Shown: positions 51,571 to 61,742 of the stretch, piece by piece
Numbering within the stretch: the stretch's first letter is position 1
How the letters are laid out: the number at the start of each line of letters is the position of its first letter
Assembly: GCA_030390025.1 (NCBI GenBank)
Contig: CM059432.1
Span: forward strand, 87,484,001-87,548,000
Origin: Squalus acanthias
Taxonomy: Eukaryota
Direction: 5' to 3'
Length of the DNA stretch: 64,000 bases
Made by a program: the position numbers and the translations under genes
Notes under the pieces: model-generated
The model's input: the letters and a program-made list of their open reading frames with translations, nothing else
Told to the model about the DNA's origin: nothing
Database searches by the model: none

Positions 51571-52045
51571 TTAAAATTCTCATTCTCATGTTTAAAATGA
51601 TTCATGGCCTCACCCCTCTCTATCTCTGTAACCTCCTCCAGTGCGACAAACCCACAGAACTCTCTGTTCCTCTAAATCGGGCCTCTTGTGAATCCCCCTA
51701 CCATTAGTGACTGTGGCTTCAGTTGCCTAGAACCCACACTCTGGAATTCTCTCTCTAAACACCTCCGCCTCTCCACCTTCCTCTCCTCCTTTAAGTCCGA
51801 CCATAAAACTGATCTCTTTGACCAAGGTTTTGGTCACCCATCCTAGTAGCTACTTCTTTGGCTCGGCGCCCATTTTTGTCTAATTATGCCTCTGTGAAAT
51901 GCCTTGGGACATCTTTCTATGTTAAAGATGTTATATAAATGCAAATACGATAGCAAAATACTGCAGATGCTGGAAATCCGAAATAACAACAGAAAACGCT
52001 GGAAAAACTCAGCAGGCCAGGCAGCATCCGTAGAGAGAGAAAGAG

Positions 52046-52082
52046 AGTTGACGTTTCAGGTCGATGACCTTTCATCAGAACT
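52046..52082 (-). ncRNA. Minimal hammerhead motif (GUC triplet)
   Basis: Reverse strand reads AGTTCTGATGAAAGGTCATCGACCTGAAACGTCAACT. Confidence 0.8.
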
Positions 52083-52745
52083 GGGAAGAGCTGGAAATCA
52101 AATAGATTTAAGGCCAGGGTAAAGCTGGGAAAAGGGGGAGGGGATAAAGGAACAAAGGAGGAGATGAAGAGACATTAAGAGACATTAAGAGATATGCAAG
52201 GCTAGAGGTGGTGTTAATGTGACAGATTAAGGCTGAATGAAGTGTGAAATCCACTGGCAGAATGAAGGACAGCTGCCAGCTTCTAGGAGGAAAAAAAAAA
52301 GGTGGGGGGGACAAATAAAAGGGTGGATAAAATAAAATATAAATGTGATTGGAGCTGAGGTTATGATCTAAAATTGTTGAACTCGATATTGAGTCCAGAG
52401 GGCTGTAGCGTGCCTAAACGAAAGATGAGGTGCTGTTCCTCGAGCTTACGCTGAGCTTCCGTGGAACAGTGTAATAGGCCGAGGACGGTGAGGTCAGAGT
52501 GGGAGTGAAGCGGTGAATTAAAGTGACAGGCCACCGGGAGCTCGGGGTCCCCCTTACGGACTGAACGGAGGTGTTCCGCAAAGCGGTCACCCAATCTGCG
52601 TTTGGTCTCCCCACCCTTACCTCTAGCCTTGCATATCTCTTAATGTCTCTTAATGTCTCTTCATCTCCTCCTTTGTTCCTTTATCCCCTCCCCCTTTTCC
52701 CAGCTTTACCCTGGCCTTAAATCTATTTGATTTCCAGCTCTTCCC

Positions 52746-52782
52746 AGTTCTGATGAAAGGTCATCGACCTGAAACGTCAACT
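52746..52782 (+). ncRNA. Minimal hammerhead motif (GUC triplet)
   Basis: AGTTCTGATGAAAGGTCATCGACCTGAAACGTCAACT. Confidence 0.8.
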
Positions 52783-53011
52783 CTCTTTCTCTCTCTACGG
52801 ATGCTGCCTGGCCTGCTGAGTTTTTCCAGCGTTTTCTGTTGTTATTTTTTATATAAATGCAAGTTGTGTTGTCAGACACAGTACAGTATGAGTGAGGGCA
52901 TACCTTGCCTCAGAAACCACTAACTTAAAAACTCCAGCTGTGCTACAGCTAAGTGCTAACCACTGAATAACCAGTGTGATTAACTCAACCTGATCGGTTG
53001 CTGACCACCCA

Positions 53012-54689
53012 TGTAAGGGATTCTGACCCTGCGTGTCTCGCAGCCTGTGAGATTCACGCGGCTCTGTGCAGCCTGTGTGTCAGTGCGGGTTTAGGCCTTG
53101 TTGCCTGTTCTGGTCTCCAGCCAGTCTGGGAGCACTAGACACACCTGTGAGTGGTTCGAATCACTCGCCCTTACGGTTCTAGACACTGGACTTAGATGCG
53201 AGAGCAGTAATGGAGATGAAACTCATGTAGACTCGGTTGAATGGTACGAAATGGAAAATCTTTATTGCATGATATTTAAGATTATGAAATACATGTCATA
53301 AGCACAGATTAATGACAGTACAATCTTACAAGCAGTTATATAGCTGATCCTAGGGAAACGAGGAACGAACGACACACCGTAAATAGGGGCACACATTACA
53401 AGTATCCTTAATACTTAAACCCTCCCTTATCAATATCTATCCTAACTAGATTCGTAGGATTTCGAGACTCATGCTCACCACTCGTGATAACTCGGAGAAA
53501 TTCCGAATAGCTGATCGGATGTTTTTCACCGCAGCACCCACGTGTCGGTCAGGAGATCTCCTGGTCCCACTTGTTTACTTGCTTCTGCTCCGGCTAGCAG
53601 GCTGGACCGTCTGCTGTGATGAAGACCTGTGTTGGTTGGTTTAACAGGTACTTTTCCGAGCACAGTTCACAGATTAGTCAATATCATCGATGATGAACCG
53701 TTCTTGCAAGTTCGAAGAAGTCTCCCTGGCAAGGAAAACTTGGCTATTCGACCTACAGGCGCGGTCGGGATTTACTGACCGTGGCGATGAGTATGGTCTT
53801 CCTCTCTTCTCATCTCATCTCATCTCATCTCATCTCATCTCATCTCGGGCCTTTGGTTCCGCTGCCAGTTACCAACATAGGTCTTCGTTACGCGACACGA
53901 GGTAGATCCGAACGGATCAGAAAGTTCGACAGTCTTTTTCAAAGAGGCACCAGGCAAGCAGGAACCCGACTACGAGTACACAGGAGCAGCCACGAGGTTA
54001 CGAATCGATCGGATAAGAGCATAAGAGCACAGGAGCAGCCACGAGGATAAGAGAGAGATGGACGGTTTGGAGCCTGCAATTATAGTGCAAAATCTTCCGT
54101 TTCCCGCCCAACCTTAATGTCCTTTCTTTTGTTAGGGTCTGGCGCTCAAATGTCTTGTATGGGTGATCTCCGTTCTTAATGGGTTTCGGGGCTACTCGTA
54201 AATGTCTGAGTACCTGTTAATATTTCTCCCATTGTTAAATCGGTCGGTGTTCTCCCTGGAGGGGTTTTTGGGGCTTCCAAGTGTTTTGTATAACTACCTG
54301 CTAACGGCTCTCTCATCGTAGAGTCGTTGGGATTTTACATATTAATGTCTTTTGGATGGGCCCTTGATTACTCGGTACAATAGCTTTCATTCGTACCTGG
54401 GAGACCGATTTCAGTATTTATGTGTATACTGCAAACCCATAATGTCTCGTGTATTATCTTCACTGTGCTGAATCTTAATCGATCTTGCACAAATGTTTAT
54501 TGGAACGCCATCTTGTCTGCCTGTCGAAAAGTCTAGAATGTTCTGTCACGAGGTGCGGCGGCCATTTTACAGGCTGCTTGTGTCCACTTTGAAAAACCTG
54601 GCAACATTCTGCTGAAATAAAAGCTGTTTGAACGAAACTCTGTGTTTTCTCCTTATTAAATAAAATCGCGATATATTGCGAATTCTACA
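53012..54689 (-). mobile_element. Solo LTR, 1678 bp
   Basis: TGTA...TACA termini and 4-bp TSD CCCA. Minus-strand TATAA near 54080 and AATAAA at 53266-53261. Confidence 0.75.
53808..53846. repeat. (TCTCA)n microsatellite
   Basis: About 8 tandem units. Confidence 0.9.
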
Positions 54690-55277
54690 CCCAATATACA
54701 GGTACATATAATATTAGTACCACTATGAGACTTTGATCATTCCCACAGCTCTGTGGCCTATTGATGCGAGGTGGGAAAGGATGAGGAAATGAAATACAAC
54801 CTGCGGATGGGATCTGTTGGTTTACCTCTCACTCTCTATTGACGGCCTGATAACCCTGATCAATGACAGCCAGTTTGCAATTTGGGGAAGCCCGAGTGAA
54901 AATGTTAGCAGCAGCTTGAATATGAATACAAGTTTACTGATGACAAGCATCAGAATGGCTGGCCGTCTAATAGCTCTTCTCTGATTAGCAACTGGCGTGT
55001 GAAATTCAAACTTTAGATCTGAATCCAAATCATCATGTGAAGTATACTGGATTATGTTATTCACACTGGTTATTCAGTAGGTAGCACTGTCATAATTGTG
55101 AATTTCTCCCAGAACTTGTAACTTGTATTCACAGACAAAGGCGCTTGTTTTGATAAGCAGAGTTAATCGCCTATGTGACTCTCCTTGTTTTAATAAGCAG
55201 AGTGACTCTCCAATGACCCTAGACTTGCAGCACTGTACATGCCCTAGGACTAGAATTACCCTTTAATATGACATAAT

Positions 55278-56010
55278 GGCCCAAAAATGAGTCTCACTAC
55301 GCGCTGTGTACTCTCGCGTATTCTGTCTCCAATTGCCGGTTTTCTGCATGCACTGCGCATGCGCTGAAAACCGGCACTTGATGATTTCAAAAGGGGGCGG
55401 TTCCTAGGTGAACCACGTGTGCGCTACAGGCTGCGCGCACGCAGTGCACTTAGTGCTTTGAATGCGCAGGTAAGCATGGAAGATTTTGCACATAAAGAAA
55501 GGAGGCGTAAGACCCTCTTTTAACAAGGTAAGTAATTAATTAAGTATTATTTTGAATTTTTTTCAACAGGTATATCTTTTTTCGAGACTTTAAAGAAAGG
55601 TAAGTTTATTTTTATAACTTTTAAAAAGATTTTAAATTTTTTTAAAAAATTTATTTTTTGTTTAAAGTGGTTAATTTATTTAACTATACTTATTTTATTA
55701 ATGTGATGGTTTTTTTTTAAATTTAATTGAGGTTTAGCTGTTCTTTTGGGGGGGTATAGATTCATAGCTTTCACAGCCCTTGCTGTGAAAACTATGAATG
55801 AAAGATGGTGTGCTGCCATTGGCTCTAACTGAATCACGTGATCCCACAGCTCGCACGAATTAACTGCGTCTGTGGGATACGCACACACTGCACAGCTGCT
55901 GTCTAGAAACTCAAGTTCGTGCGAGCTCGGAAGGAAAAGGCAGGCGCGCAGTGAGATATCGCGGGGAAGCCTTACCCCCGCAGGAAGGCTCCGTCTTTAA
56001 TTTCTGGGCC
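55278..56010. mobile_element. Harbinger-type MITE family B, inverted relative to 50756-51499
   Basis: Ends GGCCCAAAAAT / AATTTCTGGGCC and TSD AAT. Confidence 0.88.
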
Positions 56011-56744
56011 AATGCGTCATGGACCATGTGGGTTCCCCATCACGGTTTTTGTCTGCTCTGAAAGATGATAAATACGACGCTGTTCAGACTGTTACGTTCA
56101 GATTAAAACTGATGGATTATTTACAAGTAAGATTCACGGAAGCAGAAATACACCGAAAGTTACTGATGGTACAAATACTTAGAAAACAATAAAAATTGAA
56201 TGGCACAGTAATTCAATCTCACCTGAAAATGCGCGTGCGGTGGGCAGGGCAGGGCAGGGTGCCGCTGCACACTCCTGTTCATGTGGTCCCAGGCAGCACG
56301 CTAATTTATGCTGGGACTCAGGCTTGCTCCACAATTAGCAAATAAATTTTTGTCAGGAGACTGGCTTGTGCCAGGAGAGCATCTTTATAGGCTAATGAGC
56401 AGAAACCCGAAATCCAGGTGGGTTCAGCTCATGTCAGGCATGGGGACAGAAATGAAGAGAAAATCAGCCCCCTTGATTCTCAATTTCCACGGGTCTGTCA
56501 CTGCCAGATTTGACAGGCCTGGGGATTGTCTAGCGAGAGTCATGACGATGGGCTTCACACTCCTCAGTGATATCCTACAGTCTGCGCTGGTGCAGATTGC
56601 AAAGCATGCTGCAGGAGTTCCCAGCAGCTGGGACATGGCAGGAAATAGGGACAGATGAGGCAGCTGTAATGAACAGGTGATCTGTCATCATTCAAATCAT
56701 AAGAAAGGTTATATATTTTCAATATCTAACTATTACCTATGTTG

Positions 56745-56940
56745 AAAGAAAGAAAGAACTTTCATTTATATAGCGCCTTTCACAACCTCAGGATGTCCCA
56801 AAATGCTTCACAGCCAATGAATTACTTTTGAAATAGAGTTAATTTATGTATAGCAAGATCCCACAAACAGCAATGAGATAAATGAGTAGATGATCTTTTT
56901 TCAGTAATGCTGGTTGAGGGATAAATGTTAGTCAGGAGAC
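56745..56940 (-). mobile_element. SINE 3' fragment (L2-like tail)
   Basis: Matches 38401-38620. Confidence 0.7.
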
Positions 56941-57868
56941 TTTGAATTTGATTACTGCTAGATTGGTTTCCCCAGGCTAGAGAGGATGCACTTTATGACC
57001 TAAGATGCAAATTCTCACTCCAATCACTTATTACAGTGCTAATACATTTAAATTGCAAAGAGAAACTCTATTACCTCTTGCCCTGGCAGTTCATGCTAGC
57101 ACTCTTCGCCCTGACCTGACTCGATAAATGCAGCCATTCTCTGAGCTGATCCCACCCAGGCCCAGTTCACACTGCCACACACCTCATCATTCATCTTCTC
57201 AATGCCACTCTAGGGTTCTCAGAGAGGTCTCTCTCCCCTCAGTATTGTTCTTGGGACCTTCCCCAAACTCCAGATTCTTTCCTCAGAATTGTTCTCAGTC
57301 TATCCACCCTCCATCCTGCCCAGCCTGCTCTTTGGGGCTTCCTTCTATCCCTTCTCCCCACCAGTGCCTCTCTCAGCCTTTCACCTTTTCTCGTCCCCAA
57401 ATGCCAACCTTTGACTCCCCCCCAGCACCGCTTTGGGTTCTCATACATGTTGTTGCTGCTCTAGCTTTGAATGCCACTGTACAATGTGGCGAGAACTCCT
57501 GGGGCTAGAAATTTGTTATAGCCAAGGAATGGGCGGTGTCAGCAGAAAAGTTGGAGAATTAACGCTAGGTGCAAATGCTTTAGACTGCACGAAAAATTCG
57601 TGCTCACTGCTCAATAAAATGATTGGAGTCCTAAATCAAGTCTGAAAACCCAAGCTCATTGAGTTAGACTTGAAGGATATCGGGTGCATTCTAATCACAA
57701 CTCATCATTGCCACAGGCTTTTTCACTACTTAAAGGGGAGGTTCATTGATGCTGCAGCACCTCATTCTCAGCATTGCTGGCTGTGCAGCTGCGTCAGCAA
57801 GCAGAAGCAGAAGCAGAAGCAGAAGCAGAACAAAGTGAAGAAGCCAGAGGACTGAACCAGGTGTGCTC

Positions 57869-60800
57869 ATGGCAGGTCCACGCCCCAGGGAGAGAGCCCG
57901 CAGATTCTCTGATGAAGCATTGGAGGCATAAGTTTTCGCTGTGGAGAGATGAAGGGTGGTGCTCTACCCGGCAAGTGGCAGGAGGCCCTTGCCACAAGTC
58001 TTCCACACCATGTGGAGGGAGGTAGCGCAGCACGTCTCGGGCAGCACGGTGGTCCCCAGGACCCACACACAGTGCAGGAAGAAATTTAATGACCTCACTC
58101 GGATGGTCAGGGTGAGTGAATGCTTCAACAAATGCTATATACCACCATCTGTACCACAATCTTCACACACTGCCCAAAGCACCACACCCCCAGCACTCAC
58201 CCACCAACAGGGGGAAAAATTCAGTTGGTTAGCACCTCCCGTTAGTGCCTGCAGCTGGCACTAACAGGGCACTGATGCAGTAGCACCGGGACGAGGTGAA
58301 TCCGGCGGCACACAGGAAATCCGGACCCCCGTTGCGCCGCCGGTACAAGGTACCGCCGGGGACTTCAACGCCAGGCAGATCGTGATGTCAGTGAGCGCAA
58401 TGCTCACTGGGCACCCGATCTGCCAAATTCATTCTGGACATTTACCTTTGCATCTCCACCAGACAGCGACAAGGAAAGGAGGTGCACAGCTGCAGGACAC
58501 TGGCTCCAGGGATGTTATTTAAAGGTATCCGCATTAATCACTGGCAGCTGTCAGTCAGGGCAGGTTAGTTTCTGTGGTCTCTTGGCAGTTTCAGCTAGTG
58601 GATGAATTTGCAAGAGTAATTTCAAGGTTCTTTTTTTATCAGCAGTCTTCTGGCAAGTGCAAAGTGCCTACATTTATTGTTCAAAGATTCAAACTGCTAC
58701 ACTTGGCAACATTAATGGGGGGCTATACTGGCATGCCACCTCGCTCTCCAGGATCTATGGCGGAGGGAGCGTAGGCAGCGAGAAATACAGGAACATGTGC
58801 CCAGAGGGATGAGGAGAGACATCAGGGCTCTCATCAAGATGACTTAAATCCCAGATCCCTTTTGCTCACCACATGCCCATCATATCATCCCTGTGTCATG
58901 CCCTATCACAGCGTCCTCCTGGGCGCAAAGATGAAATGGGAGAGACCACAAAATATTGCAAACTCCATGAATAAATTTATGCATAAATATATCACACATA
59001 TCACATTCATTCTAATAACTAATGACCCTTGTGCTTGCTATAGTTGAATAGCTGTCATTGTGTGCAAGGCGTGAGATGTGGGTGTGAGTGTTGGTAGGTA
59101 GAGATTGTTGGTGTGTGAGCATTGGGGTCGTAGTGCTTTGGGCAGTGTGTGAAGCTTGTGGTACAGATGGTGGTATGTAGCATTTGTTGATGCATTCGAT
59201 CACCCTGACCACCCGACTAAGGTGGATCTGCTATGAGCACACCTGTATCAGTCCTCCGGCTCCTTCTCCTTGTTGTGATTCTCCTTGCTGAGGCAGCTGC
59301 ACAGCCAGCAATGCTGAGAATGAGGTGCTGCAGTGTCAATGGACCTCCCCTTTAAGTACTGGGAAAAGCCTGTGGCAATGATGAGTTGAGATTAGACTGC
59401 ACCCGATATTGGTTCACTCTTTGAGTATAACGCCACTGAGCTAGGCCTTTAAGACTTCATTTCTTTGAGCAGTGAGAATGAATTTTGCCTGCAGTCTAAA
59501 GCATTAGCGCCTGGCACTAATTCTCAAACTTTTCTAAAGATACCGCCCATTCCTGGGCTATAATGAATTTCTAGCCCACAATCTCTACCTACCAACACTC
59601 ACACCCACATCTCACAACTTGCACACAATGACAGCTATTCAACTATGGCAGGCACATTACCCAAACACATTGCTCCACACTTACTCACATACTTTCCTTT
59701 CTCTTGCAGGCCAAGGTGGCTCACAACAGGATGGAACAGGAGCGCACAGGCGTGGGACAAGCCGACACCCAACCACTGTCTGCGCTGGAAAATAGAGTGC
59801 TGCAAATCCTTGGGCGCCAGGTGGTGGGCGCCGTGGCCACCGGCAATGTTAACCCTCTTGGGGACAACAACAGTATGTTCATTCCTACTCCTTCTTCTCA
59901 CATCCCACTTACCCCTCACCCCACAAGCGTTTCGCACTTTCCAGCTAATCATGCTGCATGCGTGCATTTTTCCCTTCCTGCCCCTCTCCCCTCACCTTAA
60001 CCCGACTCTTGTGCCTTTAAACTTTCAGATGATGAGCAAGCACCTGAGCAGCCTGTCCCTGAGGGCACCGTTGAGAGCGAGGCAGGAGAAGAGGAGGAGA
60101 AAGAACACACCGCGTCACTGCATGTCTCACCCACAGGCACCAGCTCAGATACTGGCACTACGTGTTCTTTAGAGGCTAGTATAGTAGCGGGATCTGCACA
60201 GGGTGAGGCACCGGGGACGAGTGGGCTACAGCAAGGCCAGGGGGAAAGGGTAGCTCGGGAGCCAGCTCCCCGGAGGGCGAGTTCGTGCACGAGTTCTGCG
60301 GCACAGGACTCAGATGAGGACCTCAATCGGGAGGCCTTTAGAAGAAGGGTGATGGGCATGCACATGGAGATGATAGGTCCAATGGCAAGGGTGGCCGACA
60401 GCCTCTCGGCAATGGTAAGGAGCGTGGAGGAGTCCGTCTCCAACATTGCACAAGGCTCTGCGCACACCATGGAGCCCATCATTTCCAGTCTGCAAAGGAT
60501 GGTAGACTCCCAGAGAGACCGTGGTGACCCAGACCGGATGCCGTGTGTGATGGGCGATCTGGCAGCTTCCAATGCAGCAAAGATGGAAGCGACGCAACGT
60601 CTTAGTGCTGTAATGCGGTTTATGGTTGGTGCCATCCAATCTCAGACTGCCATCATGCAGTCTCAGCTTGATGCCACGCAAGCTCTGACTGCTGCCATCG
60701 TGGCTGGGTCTACCACCGTCGACCGGGGCTTTCACGGTGTCTCAGCAGGCCAGCAATCTGTGCTCCAACAGATTGCTAGGGATGCTGAGGTGCTGCCCCG

Positions 60801-61110
60801 GGGGAGTGGCAGTGGGTCAGTGGAGCAAGAACCTGCTGTCCTCTCTGAGGATGACAGCATTCCTGCTCCCACCACTGCCACTCCGCCATTGCTCTTGTCG
60901 CTGCCTGTCATCCAGCCAGCCCAGACTGCTGCTGCCCATAGTGAGGTGGTGCAGTCTGCAGCGGGGCCTTCCAGGCCCAGAGCTGGTCAAGGATGTCCTG
61001 CAAGGCCATCTGAAGTCTCCCGCCGAACACTCAACAGCCTTCCACTAGCCCTGCTGCAGCCACTGGGCCAACACTTCGTAGGAGCAATAGAGCAGGAAAA
61101 GGCACAGTAA
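57869..61110 (+). pseudogene. Myb/SANT (NAIF1-like) gene; exons 57869-58111, 59710-59872 and 60029-61110
   Basis: RFSDEALEA*..WREVAQHV..RTHTQCRKKFNDL. Exons join in frame across GT-AG introns. Exon 1 has two stops. Confidence 0.85.
58210..59577. mobile_element. Non-autonomous Harbinger nested in Myb intron 1
   Basis: TIRs GGGGGAAAAATTCA / TGAATTTCTAGCCC and TSD ACA. Same Myb exon 1 deletion as 15492-16690. Confidence 0.88.
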
Positions 61111-61742
61111 CGACAGGCACTAACGATTGCACAAGGGTGAAAAGTAAATATTTTTCATGTAAATATGTGTCCACTACTTTTTGATAAATTTATTACTTCA
61201 CTTACCATTCTTTTGTGGTGTGTCTCATTTTGTGTTTGCGCTGTGATATGGCCTGCGAGAGGGATGGAATGATGGGGATGTGGTGAGCAAAGGGGATCTG
61301 GGGTTTAAGTCCTCCTGGTGTGAGGCTGGTGGTCTGTTTGGAGGAGGTGGCAGAGTTTTGTGACCACCTTCCTGAGAGCCCTAGGGGTAGAAATTAGGTC
61401 ACGCCCCATTTGGGGCGCAAATATCGTCTGGACGCAAATATTAGCGCCTGGCGCTAATTATCGGCACTGACTGGAAACTTCACTTTTACCGCCCCGGGAG
61501 GTGAGTGGAGCGCTAAATCAGGCGCTGCACACCTGTCTTAAGGCGCAAAGGCCAAGGAGTGAAGCGCTAACTCAGCGCGCGAGCGCAGCGCAGCTGCTGC
61601 CAGTTAGCGAGGTAACACAGACACACTGGCGCCGGCCACTTCTTAAAGCGGGGGGGGGCCACTTGCTCCCCAGCCACACCCTGCTCATTGCAGCCTTGAA
61701 TCTCGGCCTGGAGAGACCTGTGAATCCATTTTGCTGCCAAGC

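Larger units (their letters stand above)
46020..51944 (+). mobile_element. L2 3' portion split into 46020-46197, 50691-50723 and 51571-51944
   Basis: Collinear with 20425-21035 (ctcagctcatctgctgctgaaaccct...acattggctcc...ctctggaatt...ttatataaatgcaa). Confidence 0.75.
51945..52848. mobile_element. Short fold-back Penelope element (GIY-YIG C-terminus on -, near-identical inverted arms)
   Basis: Arms about 51975-52208 and 52619-52848. ORF 52361-52594 reads GDRFAEHLRS...GLNIEF. TSD TTATATAAATGCAA. Confidence 0.9.
52952..55088. mobile_element. Small TIR element (about 455 bp net) hosting a solo LTR
   Basis: 28-bp inverted repeat with 2 mismatches: AGTGCTAACCACTGAATAACCAGTGTGA / TCACACTGGTTATTCAGTAGGTAGCACT. 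No clear TSD. Confidence 0.6.
57501..61373 (+). mobile_element. Harbinger derivative retaining the Myb gene but lacking most of the transposase
   Basis: End GGGGCTAGAAATTT and a 3-exon Myb gene. Only a short transposase 5' piece remains on - at 61313-61373. Confidence 0.82.
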
